From positions 49,664,001 to 49,728,000 of the forward strand of contig OZ249436.1 of assembly GCA_965235115.1 (NCBI GenBank): a DNA stretch of 64,000 nucleotides, in the 5' to 3' direction. The notes beneath the pieces were generated by a model. That model was given only the letters and a program-made list of their open reading frames with translations, had not been told where the DNA came from and did not search any database. Within the stretch, counting starts at the first letter, position 1. The number at the start of each line of letters is the position of its first letter. Position numbers and translations under genes: made by a program. The stretch comes from Laetmonice hystrix (lineage: Eukaryota). This document shows, in pieces, positions 25,027-36,650 of the stretch.

Positions 25027-25415
25027 GTAAGTATTCCACCACTCAGGTCGGGTAGAAAGGTAGTGTTTGTGAGTGGCTAGGGGGGGGCACTAGCATACTC
25101 GGGTTCACTGATATAGTGATGGAGCGAGGTAATTATTAAATAATAAGACAATTTCAATCTAAAACTGATTTTGATGAGCATTTTATTGAAATCTATCTTG
25201 ATATTAATAGCAGGATATTATACTTAAAAACATGACTCATTTTGATATACCGTACCTGTATTTTCTTTGTGATACTTGTAGAACAAAGTCATATTTAGGA
25301 TCATCACCAGAGGTCGACACAGTCGACACACTCAGGACATTACATTAGCAATGAAAAGGTTTGAGAACTAGTGGTAAAGGGGGTAATTATATTGTTTCTA
25401 TCGCTTCCTTTCCAG

Positions 25416-25572
25416 GCAAAAGCGTGACAAGTTTCACCGCAAAAAGGCAGAAAGAGAGCGACAGAAGGCAGCCGCTAACAGCACATACCAAAAAATTCCC
25501 AAAGAAACAACCACTGCTCCCGCCTTTAATCCACCACGTACTTCACTTGAATTGAAACCGTTAAAAACCACG
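25416..25572 (+). CDS. NRG: Neuregulin-like gene, first cytoplasmic exon (basic stop-transfer/NLS-like)
   Basis: cctttccag|...ACG|gtacgt; 157 nt, phase 2->0; QKRDKFHRKKAERERQKAAANSTYQKIPKE...KPLKTT. Confidence 0.87.
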
Positions 25573-26001
25573 GTACGTTCACTATTTATAGGATTAGATC
25601 TATGGGTTTGAATTTAGAAGCTAACTTTGAACAGATCTATGCTTGATCTGGAATATCCATTTACAGAAGTAATGGCCTACTGTAAAACTGGAATGAACTA
25701 TTCTGTATCGGTCCTGATTCATGGTGTGTTATTGTGCAAACGTTCTGGTATTAGGCCAACTTCTATTGAAAACACTAATTAGAAACATTATCTCAGTTAG
25801 AGGCCGAGCGAGATTCTGTATGCCTATAGGCCTCGGTTGATAATTTTCTAGTTGTAATGAATTTGAATGAATCTGATGGTTATTGATAATATGAAATTGT
25901 ATATATATACAGTGCTATATTTTGGAGGTAATTTCTCCATAGATTAGCTAGCCTAGGTTGAATGCCGGTAGTCATTCTCAATGTCTTGGTAACGTTTGCA
26001 G

Positions 26002-27402
26002 GGTTCCCAGACAGAAAACCACCTGCCTCAGGCAATGTTTGTCCCGGAGACAGCTGCACTTCTCTCCGAGGAGTCGGCCTTCAAAGGTCAAGGTCAAAGC
26101 AATATGGGTAACCAGACTGAAAACCATGGAAGGAATCGTGGGCATTCACGGAGCAACAGTCAGAGTGGTCAGAACTATGTGCGGCATAGTGACCGACCCA
26201 CTGATCGACATAGTGACCGACCCACTGATCGACATAGTGATCGACCTGCTGATCGACATAGCGACCGACACGCTGATCGACATAGCGACCGACACGCTGA
26301 TCGACATAGCGACCGACATGCTGATCGACATAGCGACCAACAGAGCGATCATCATAGTGATCGACATAGTGATCGAAGTGATCGTCATAGTGACAAGAGA
26401 AGTGATCATCATGACGACCGACACAGCGATCACCATAGCGATCGATACAATGACCGGCACAGAGATCGCAGTAGCGACCGGCATAGTGACCGTTGCAGTG
26501 ACCGACCAAGTGGGCGTTACACTCCGCAGCATTATGAAGGCTCCCCTCCAGGAAGCATTGACCGACTGTCTCAGTATGGTGGGTCAGTTAGTGGCTCCGA
26601 GCGAAGTCACAGCCGACAGCGGCTGAGTGGCAGGGCTGGTTCGTCGGAGGGGTTTGCCCATTCTTCCCGATCAGCCTCCAACCCCAGAGTGGTGAACGCA
26701 GTGGTCGAGTCTGACCACGACACCTCCAAGAGGAGCTCTCCATCACAAAACTCAAGGACTGAGTCAACTCATGGTGGCGGGTATGAACAGGCAGCGGTGC
26801 ATAAAGTGAGGAGAGCGAATAGTGAGACCGGCTCGCGTGGTTCACGTGGGTCACGTGGATCCAAGCGGTCGCTGGAACTCGGCGGTGGCGATCACAGTGA
26901 CTACGACAACCCACCGAGTGACCTTGAGGTCAACATGGAGAGCGAGGTGGATATGCATGGACTGGACGCCTCCGGAGACGAGGTGGAGGGACAACTGCCG
27001 AAAGACAACGGTCCCATCCGGGGGGAAGCAGAGATCATGAGCAGCGAGAGCGAGACGAGTGAAAGCGAGAGCTCCTCCAGCGGACCAGGAGAAGAAGCCG
27101 CTCTCTTCGAAAAGCTCAAGCACAATCCCCGCTTAATGAAGCAAAATCCTGGAAAAGAATGTTCAAGTGCAGGAAACCTGTCATGGGACGAGTATGGAAA
27201 TGACCCAAGCTTTGCCAATCAACAGTATGCCTTCAATCCCTATGCAATTGACGCAGATGTCATAGACAATAAATACTTTGGCTCCAACCCAGGTTCGGGC
27301 CATGGTGCCCAACGAAACCACAAAAAGTCCAAGGCTAACAATCGAGTACAGGATGGTCTTCTACATCACTTTAATGATGATCCTGACGCAACTCCAGTGT
27401 AA
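26002..27402 (+). CDS. NRG: Neuregulin-like gene, terminal exon (long disordered cytoplasmic tail ending DDPDATPV*)
   Basis: gtttgcag| acceptor in frame (phase 0) with ORF 25996-27402; S/D/R/H-rich, then acidic; ends in T-x-V. Confidence 0.88.
   Translation, partial: GSQTENHLPQAMFVPETAALLSEESAFKGQGQSNMGNQTENHGRNRGHSRSNSQSGQNYVRHSDRPTDRHSDRPTDRHSDRPADRHSDRHADRHSDRHADRHSDRHADRHSDQQSDHHSDRHSDRSDRHSDKRSDHHDDRHSDHHSDRYNDRHRDRSSDRHSDRCSDRPSGRYTPQHYEGSPPGSIDRLSQYGGSVSGSERSHSRQRLSGRAGSSEGFAHSSRSASNPRVVNAVVESDHDTSKRSSPSQNSRTESTHGGGYEQAAVHKVRRANSETGSRGSRGSRGSKRSLELGGGDHSDYDNPPSDLEVNMESEVDMHGLDASGDEVEGQLPKDNGPIRGEAEIMSSESETSESESSSSGPGEEAALFEKLKHNPRLMKQNPGKECSSAGNLSWDEYGNDPSFANQQYAFNPYAIDADVIDNKYFGSNPGSGHGAQRNHKKSKANNRVQDGLLHHFNDDPDATPV
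26185..26508 (+). repeat. Coding 12/24-nt tandem repeat (HSDR / HADR / PTDR)
   Basis: Units such as CATAGCGACCGA / CACGCTGATCGA translate as RHSDRPTDRHSDRHADR. Confidence 0.92.
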
Positions 27403-30400
27403 TCTGGTCTGAACTGGTTCGAATCGGCTGCTGCCTCGTTAACAACGCACATTATTCTACTCACAACGTATGTATAATGGCAGTACGGCTTGAAATTCTG
27501 TGACGATGTTGTAGACTAGTTATTAAGTGGTTATCCTAGAAAGACTTGTTGAAGCTAGTCGAGTCCGTCTGCAGGTTAATGGAGTATAGCCCTGTACATT
27601 CAGGCGCGAACTGTTAAAAGCATATGTTGATGTCCTCTGGATAGTTGATGATATTTATGATAACTGGTCATTCAGTCTCAAGTATTGCAAGCTAGACACC
27701 AGCATATAAAGTTAGCACCTGGCCCTTGTTTCACCCAACCATGATGTCCTAGTAGTGGTGACGTTATCTACAACTGATGGCAGTGGTGTTTTCGTTGCAG
27801 TAGAACCCAGACAGTCAGTCTGCTGTTTATTGTAGTAAAGAATGTCGGTGAAACTGCCAACGTAAGGTCCCAGGTGTATCAGAGTGACTGTCTTACACAT
27901 GTAGCACGTGTGAACTGTTTCACGGTCAGAAAGTATCAGGTACCTTCGAGTTCTAGCCAGCTTTTGAAATTTTGTTCTTTCTTTCTTCTGTAATAGCAAG
28001 ATTGTAATTGATTTAAAACAGCAGAGGCCAAGTTAAGGGATTTAACATGAATTCATATTTGCATGATAGTTTTTGAAAATCTGAATTACGAAATTGTCAG
28101 GGAGGTAGATCAGAGTTAGTTTAGTTTGACTTTGACATGTTGCCTCTCATCAGATGATATTTGGAGAAAATTTGTATCGTACTAATCATCGTGGCTGTCA
28201 TCTTTGATCGGGCAATTTGCTACAAGGTTTCCCAGGGATGTTGGACTAATGTCGACAATTGAAATGGGGCTTTCAGTGCTATAAAATTACTTCAAATGTG
28301 TCTACTACATCAGGTGCAGGCCTGTAGTATTCCGACTGGAATTATAATACACGCTGGCTGTGTCAATACTTCTCATCGTAGATGTTTGCTATCGCAGACA
28401 GAAGTGCCTGATGCGGGGATTCCCAATAGCTATCCATAGCAGACCTCATGATATCTTCAAACCAGTGTGGACCAAACACCCCCCCCCCCCTCCCTCAGTA
28501 GCTAGCGAGAGGACGACCTCAAGAAAAGATCATTTAATTAATACCAATATATTATCAGAAATGAAGATGGGATCCCGGGCCGGCCAAGTGGCGGTAAAAG
28601 ATTTCTATATGATCTTGTCTTGGTTAATGATCTAACGACATGGCATGAGCCGAGACCAGCGATACGATCCCATTGTAACGTAAAGAGCCTGGTACATCTA
28701 TACACGCCAGGAACAGGATGGCAGCCTAGCTCCTCCACACCTCTGATGGCTAGGAGAAGGAAAAGTACCGGTAATAGGGATGTTTACAGGGGCAGCGCAC
28801 CGTATTGAAATCCCACCAGTCAACACGGAGACATTATAATGAGACACATACAGTTTGGTTACCATCTATAGAGTTAGATGCTTCGTATTATAAAAATAAT
28901 AATCCCCAAGTTTGAAGTATGTGTGAACTTTTTTTTACCACTTCATGGAAAGTATTATGAACATGTACATGTATATGTAAATAACGAAAGCAGTACCTAT
29001 TATAATGTACACATGTTAGCATTCAGGTTATTTACTGATGATTCACGGTTGGATATTTAGATATATTATTATGAGATTCATAATGATTGAGATGTAGGCC
29101 TGCATACTTGTGAACCTCATTGTTGGCCTAGATGTAGAAGTGTACGGCCTGATGACATTGTGTTATGATGGATAGTTTGCACACATTTCCTTTGCAAGGA
29201 CTCCCTGTATATCCTATAGAAGGCAAACTTTAAAATATGTAATGCCTTGTGGCTATATTATCGTCTGATTTGAGAAAATTTTGAAAATAATGATCACCGC
29301 CAGTCTACAGTTGTGATGTATTCCCTGGCATCGACCTGGCGCTTTGACTGAATGGATTTAGAAAAATGAGAACGAGTGCACTTAATTCTCTTTATAATGA
29401 GATGTTACATGTATTGGATAAGTCTGATACATGATACGTTATGTAATTGTCGTTTCAGCTTTATTTTAGACCTTATCTGTACAATGGCATCAGTAATAGC
29501 CTATGCCAGAGAGCAACAAATATCGAAGAGCCTAAAGTTGCTCGAAAATTGAACGTTTAAGTTGTTGGTATCTAATCTTATTTATGACCCATTTACGACA
29601 AGTTGTTGTAATGATGAGCTAGAGAAACATACCAAAGATATATACATGACACTTTCTTTGTTTGCCACGTACAGGATATGAACAAATGCACAGACTGTAG
29701 CACCTAGATTGATTTATAATACTAATCACGATCTGGTCTGCATTATCTCGAACTAAGAATACCTGGAGAAAAAAGGTGTAGTTTTGATATTGTCCATTAC
29801 TGATATTATGATAATTCTTGTTATTATTTGCATGTGATTGCCGTAGATAATTGCCACTTTATAAACCACTGAGTGGTTTTCTTATTTTTGACAGCAGGTG
29901 AAGCCAGGTGTCTGAGTGGAACATTTTGTTATATATGATTATGATATGTGACACTGCTTCTCTGTACATATATAGTGTAATATATATTACACATATACAA
30001 CATGTATGTATATTATATATGTAAGTCATGAAGCGGTAGATAAACATTCCCCTTGAAGAACTGTGACTGTGGAAGATATAAAAAAAAGTTAATTTTCCAT
30101 GTTTTGTTAACCTGAAAAACGAAAGCTGAAAACGGAAAAGATTATAAAACAAAGAAACAATGACGCTGTGTGTTTGATATAAGGACAAACTTGGGCACGT
30201 TTAAATGCGCTATGTGGTACTGTGCTATACTTTGGTAGGAAAGTTCCGTACATTTCATACTCGTACTAAACACTCTTCCAAACAATCATGACAAGGTAAT
30301 GCTGCCTTGGTTAATGTAAAACAAGCTATAGTTGGCCCACTCCGACCTATGCTCCAACTTCAGCATGAAGACGGTCCTGGAAAGACAATCCGAGTCAGTG

Positions 30401-31479
30401 TATGACATATTGGATGTAGGTAGGAATATGATGTTTGTCATGGAAGGTTGCGATATAAAACAGGCAACTGGTCCATTCTTGTAGTAATCTAACCTTACTG
30501 TCTAGCAGTACCTATTAATATCATTGATAAAATATCGATGTCTTACTAGGCTTTGTATTTAGATTGTAGAGGGTTAGTACAAGTACTTAGTGCAGCATGT
30601 GCAGGGTCCAGCTAGCACCCCGGGTACGTGAAGTTGTATCTCTGCAAACGGTAGACTTTACACCCCAGAAACTTGCCGTACTTGAATACGTGCTGCTAGC
30701 TAGGCCCACACAATACCGCTATACATATGTGACTTGAACATTTAGAGAATGCATGCCGCATGAAATTCTTACCTAGGTCATCTTGACTTGAGTCTCATTC
30801 TCATCACCCTGCACCCAAGATTACCTCCTCGATTATCACCTTGAGCGTCACCTTGATGATCGAGCTTTGCCTTGATCATCTCAACTCTTCGTTCGCTCCT
30901 TTTTGGGGCCTTCGAAACCACATGATGCTTTTTTCAGATGTCTGGTCTAACAGTGTGTTAGTAGGTCTATTACTGTGCCATGGCTAGAAATGTTAGATGT
31001 TACAGAGGTTTTGCATATTGCATTGACCAATGAGAGAGAAGCCCATCTTCTCTTCCCCCTGTCGTTATAAGGACTAGATCATATGAGACCATTTGCCTAA
31101 AATCTGTGATACTGTTGAAACTAACCCCCAGTGCTGATTTTCTACTGTTTTGCCGTGGTATCAGTGTTTCTCCAAATTTCTCCATATATTCGTCTTGTTG
31201 AAACAATGTCCGTTATGTCTGTTATAATCTACAAACGACTTGGCCTTGTACGGTGTAGTAAGTTTACTTTATCAGTGCTAATTCGTCGCGAACCTGGTAA
31301 AAAACAGGTTATATCTTAAGAAACATTACGGTTCCCAGTAAATCTGACTAGAGGAACGTCAAACAGTATTGATGTTTGAAAACTTTCCAATATCTCTACC
31401 ATGATGCGTGTATAGAGGAGTGCACCAAACAAATAAAATAATATGAAACCTGTATATAGGTTTGTGACAATGTTGAATT

Positions 31480-32220
31480 TTACCGTCTCTGTACCATCGG
31501 GCGAACAACCTGTACAAGTGTAGGGAGACCAGGATTTAACAGGTTACCGTCTCTGTACCGTCTCTGTACCATCGGGCGAACAACCTGTACAAGTGTAGGG
31601 AGACCAGGATTTAACAGGTTACCGTCTCTGTACCGTCTCTGTACCATCGGGCGAACAACCTGTACAAGTGTAGGGAGACCAGGATTTAACAGGTTACCGT
31701 CTCTGTACCGTCTCTGTACCATCGGGCGAACAACCTGTACAAGTGTAGGGAGACCAGGATTTAGCAGGTTACCGTCTCTGTACCATCGGGCGAACGACCT
31801 GTACAGGTGTAGGGAGTCCAGGATTTAGCAGGTTACCGTCTATGTACCATCGGGCGAACAACCTGTACAAGTGTAGGGAGACCAGGATTTAGCAGGTTAC
31901 CGTCTCTGTACCATCGAGCGAACAACCTGTACAGGTGTAGGGAGTCCAGGATTTAGCAGGTTACCGTCCCTGTACCATCGGGCGAACAACCTGTACAGGT
32001 GTAGGGAGTCCAGGATTTAGCAGGTTACCGTCCCTGTACCATCGGGCGAACAACCTGTACAGGTGTAGGGAGTCCAGGATTTAGCAGGTTACCGTCCCTG
32101 TACCATCGGGCGAACAACCTGTACAGGTGTAGGGAGTCCAGGATTTAGCAGGTTACCGTCCCTGTACCATCGGGCGAACAACCTGTACCAGTGTAGGGAG
32201 ACCAGGATTTAGCAGGTTAC
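31480..32220. repeat. 64-bp minisatellite, about 11 copies (first three 75 bp)
   Basis: Unit TTACCGTCTCTGTACCATCGGGCGAACAACCTGTACAAGTGTAGGGAGACCAGGATTTAGCAGG; 11-bp internal duplication in the first copies. Confidence 0.95.
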
Positions 32221-33420
32221 AGGTCCAAAGGGGCCAGCCCCCCCCCCCCTCCCCCACTTCAGTGGGCCGAGCATCGTATTTTAACGTTATTTCAAGTAAG
32301 AAGTTCAAGCTTAGTTATAATGAATGCCTATCCTTAAAAACTGTCTGTGCCGCCCTCTTTAAAAGAATGCTGCAGGCTCCGTGCCTGTTAATCTATACGC
32401 TTGTCGCGGCCACTCCAACCATACAGCTTACCTTTAGTTCACCTCCGTGTAGAACTAAGGTTAGTGATCTTCAGAACGCCAGAACATGTGACTTCCTTTG
32501 ATTCGGGATGAATGTAGAGAATGAAAGAATATGAATCGCACGTAAATTTGGCGGTTTCTGCTATTCCCTCCTATTTCACCTCACCCGATAGATTGCAGGG
32601 GCAGTTTTATGAACATCATGGCCAATTTCTTATGATGTCCTCTTCGGTCCAGAACATCTATATAGATCATGTTAATGATAGAGTGCACTTAGTATGACAT
32701 TTTTGACTCGTCCTTTTCCCCCTAAGCGTCCAAACCCATGTCCATCCGAGTGCCCCACAGTCTCTCAGAGGCAGGCAGAGCAATGAGTTATTTAAACATA
32801 TAAGTAGTTGACCTTTTCCTAGAACCTGTTTTAGTTTAGTTTGAGATGACTTTTGAGTTAATGGTATTACGACGTTTGATGGTATCTGTTATTGTATTGT
32901 TAACTGTTGACATGGTTACCAAACTAAAGACCAACTCTAGTACAATGTGTTCAACGTTCCAGTTGATTGAACACCAGGGTTCTGTTCAGGGTACCCCCAG
33001 TGGTCAGTGGACCGTGAAAGATTCTGTCGCAGACACAATGGGTGGGTTCCTGCTAGGGGTGGGTATTTAACGTCTCGACTCGTTCTGGGTTACTACGGTA
33101 CCCTTGGCACAGACACTTCAGAATGCAAGCCAAAACTGATCAACCCTTAGGTAAAAACTCTGTCCATGTGTCCACACAACGGTTGTGACATGCGATGCGT
33201 TCGTTTCTTCATTCTTCATTGTTAACCATTTCTCATACATAGTAGAAACAGTTGTATGATACATGTGTAAAGCATGACTTTGTATAAAATCTTGTGCGAT
33301 ATGTATATATTCGCGTATCTAGTATCAGTTTTGTTTGTAAATTAGTCGTGGATTGACTTGTTTGTTTAATACAAGTAGCTGTGACAACTTGACCTTTTGA
33401 GAGAAAAACTTGAGAAATGA

Positions 33421-34031
33421 GTATAACGTCAATTTGACCAGAAAGATTGAAAATAATGATCTGCAATGAGTACGGTAGGCTCAGTATAACGTCAATTTGA
33501 CCAGACTAAAGATTGAAAATAATGATGTGCAATGAGTAGGCTCAGTATAACGTCAATTTGACCAGACTAAAGATTGAAAATAATGATGTGCAATGAGTCG
33601 GCTCAGTATAATGTCAATTTGACCAGACTAAAGATTGAAAATAATGATGTGCAATGAGTAGGCTCAGTATAACGTCAATTTGACCAGACTAAAGATTGAA
33701 AATAATGATGTGCAATGAGTAGGCTCAGTATAACGTCAATTTGACCAGACTAAAGATTGAAAATAATGAAGTGCAATGAGTAGGCTCAGTATAACGTCAA
33801 TTTGGCCAGACTACAGATTGAAAATAATGATGTGCAATGAGTAGGCTCAGTATACAACGTCAATTTGACCAGACTAAAAATTGAAAATAATGAAGTGCAA
33901 TGAGAAGGTCAGTATAACGTCAATTTGGCCAGACTAAAGATTGAAAATAATGATGTGCAACGAGTAGGCTCAGTATAACGTCAATTTGACCAGACTAAAG
34001 ATTGAAAATAATGATGTGCAACGAGTAGGCT
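33421..34031. repeat. 61-bp minisatellite, about 10 copies
   Basis: Unit GTATAACGTCAATTTGACCAGACTAAAGATTGAAAATAATGATGTGCAATGAGTAGGCTCA at 33545, 33606, 33667 and onward. Confidence 0.95.
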
Positions 34032-34437
34032 CTGCCTGCAGCTCAGTTTTGATTGCCAGCATAAATCCGTCAAATCTTGATCGACTTCACCTGAACTTGA
34101 TTCATGTAGGGCAGACTGGCCAATAGTTATATTCTAACCAGCGTAGCATGGCAAAGTCATGCAAGGTGAATTAGAGAACAGGTTCCAATACGACTGAAAC
34201 TTATATTTTTTCATGTACCAGTTTGGTCTTCAGGTATAAGTCACAAGGTCGGGCATATTTCGAAGAAAGATTAGACTTCTTTTAACCGTTTGGCAACTCC
34301 ATTTCAAAGATCCAAAATGCCAGATCAGGCATCTAAGTTTAAGAAACTACAAGTGACAAAGGCCCAAGTATGATTCAAACTGAGCATATAGTCACGTTAG
34401 GCGTGGCACAATGTAGCCGTCTCGACATGGCGATCTA

Positions 34438-35241
34438 GGCCGGTGTCAGATCGAAAAGTGACCCCCATGGAAAAGTGACCCATGGGTCACTTTTCTATTA
34501 TAGAAATGTGACCCACACTATGGAAAAGTGACCACCCCCCAGATTTAGTTGTTCCTCTGTGATTATGTTATTGATACAGACAATAGTATAGACTCCAGGG
34601 CCGTACCTAATGGGGGCAGGGGGCAGTTGCCCCCCCCCCCCCAGTAATTTTGGAAAAAATTCCTTTTTGACAATCAGGTGGCTTTTAGCACACAGTACAG
34701 GTATTTGTATGGGGGTGGGCTTAGTAGGGTGCTTGTACCTGCTAATCCCCCTTCTTTCCATAGACTACTAAGGGTCATAATTCTATACGGTATAAACAGT
34801 GATCCCCACCGTAAAAACAAGCCATAATTATATTAGACAGGAATCCGACTTCTGTATAATGGAAATGTGACTCCCTGTCTGTCAAACCTAACATACATGT
34901 AGTTTCATATGGGTCCGAATTCTATGGCATGAAAAAGTGACCCCACCCTAAAAACAAGCCAAGTATTAGACAAAATCAGAATTCTATAGAATGGAAACGG
35001 GACCCCTGTCGGTCTACATAATATGTAATTTCTCTGGCATGGAAAAGTGACCTCACCCTAAAAACTAGCCATGTATTCGACAGAAATCAGAATTTTATAC
35101 TGGGATTAGGACTGGGTCATTATTCCATAAGGGGGGTCAGTTTTCCATAATGGAAAAGTGACCCATGGGTCACTATTCTATATAGAAAACTGACCCCCGG
35201 GTCACGTTTCCATAGGGTCACATTTCGATATGACACCGGCC
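34438..35241. mobile_element. Non-autonomous DNA transposon with subterminal repeats
   Basis: TIRs GGCCGGTGTCAGATCGAAAAGTGACCC and GGGTCACATTTCGATATGACACCGGCC; many GGAAAAGTGACCC motifs in both orientations; flanks CTA/CTG (possible degraded 3-bp TSD). Confidence 0.85.
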
Positions 35242-36045
35242 CTGCGGTAGGGCAAATGAGGGATGCCTAAAACAACTTCTTTTTAAAATATCATTTAAAT
35301 CTAGAAATAATCAACCCCCTTATTTGCAACATTAAGCTACACATATTAGATGTTGGTAGATGGTCTAGTTAAAACCTACGTTATTACATACCTCCAAGTG
35401 AAATCCCCGTTCTTAATGATATAACATTTTGAAATCGAATTTTCTTGCCTCTTATTAATGTATTGTATATACTGTTAAAACACCAGATTCTGGAGCTTTT
35501 GCTTACTTGTTCTGGTGCCTACTTTGGGCGTCTATTCTTGACAACTCTCGCTAAGTTTTCCTTAGTGCACAAAACATCGGCTTTTGACGAGACCGAATTG
35601 ATCGGTAACTGGTTGAGTCCATGTTTGTCACTTAGCCGTTCGCTGTAGTTGGGCATTCATGAACAGAGCGTGACTAGTCCCATCACATGTATATAGATTA
35701 TATATAGCCAAACCTCACCACCCGTTTATTACGTGGAGACAGTGTTCTAGAATATTGTTTATTTGTCTGTTCCCGTTTCATGCCATGCACACGCCCGGAT
35801 TACTTCCTTAACTGTATAATGACCGAGTTTTGTACAGAAGATGTATTATAACTTCTTCCATTCTGTATACTGGCATGGAACCTAACTATACACTTCTTCC
35901 TCATTGCATTGCTACAGGCCGTATCTACGTGAAATGTCTGGTGTATATTAATTAATGAACTGGTCACACCCCCTCGGGTGACGCACGATACAAAGTTTCG
36001 ACAATTATTCGTGTATACGAAGAGAAACGATATATCGCCTCGATA

Positions 36046-36111
36046 CGCAATGTTCCGGGTTCCGGAATGTTCCGGGTTCCGCAATGTTCCGGGTTCCGCA
36101 ATGTTCCGGGT
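36046..36111. repeat. 17-bp tandem repeat, 4 copies
   Basis: GCAATGTTCCGGGTTCC at 36047, 36064 (variant), 36081, 36098. Confidence 0.9.
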
Positions 36112-36650
36112 GAATGACCACCATCTCTTGTCATCTTCATACACTCTACTCTGGTGCTGTCTTTTAGAGACAACCGCGTCGTAGTTTTGAAAACTTGGCT
36201 AGTGTACGCTTCTTTCACAAATCTCTTTAAAAGTTTCCCTGCAGGTCTATGGGAAAGTCAGGACAGGTGGATATAAATGCCTGTATGTACATGCATATAA
36301 TATTACCACGATAGAATATAGTCTAGTATCATGAAGCAAGTCTTCTGTAGAATAGATGATAGGTGATATAAAATTCTATCAAAATGATGGCATGATGATA
36401 GATCAACAGTAACGGACATGAATTAGAGACTAACGATTGGTTGCATGGATGGTTTTAAATTTACGTTTCGTATTATTGATATGACCGCTGTATGTAAGTT
36501 GCAGTTACAATTCTGTCGTCATACAACCCTGGATGTATTTTTCTATGAAATAAAATGTAAGAATTACACTACGAGGCTGTTAGATTCTTTGATTTGGGTA
36601 CGCACAGGCGCTGATCCAGATGGGGGTTCGAGTCTCCCCTTGGGCCCCAA

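Noticed and set aside
25958..26626. Overlapping alternative-frame and antisense ORFs over the HSDR repeat
   Set aside because: Shadows of a 12-nt coding repeat; only the HSDR frame fits the splice phase and continues to the terminal stop.
27403..31440. 3' end and poly(A) site of the neuregulin transcript
   Set aside because: AT-rich UTR-like sequence, but no single signal can be chosen from sequence alone.
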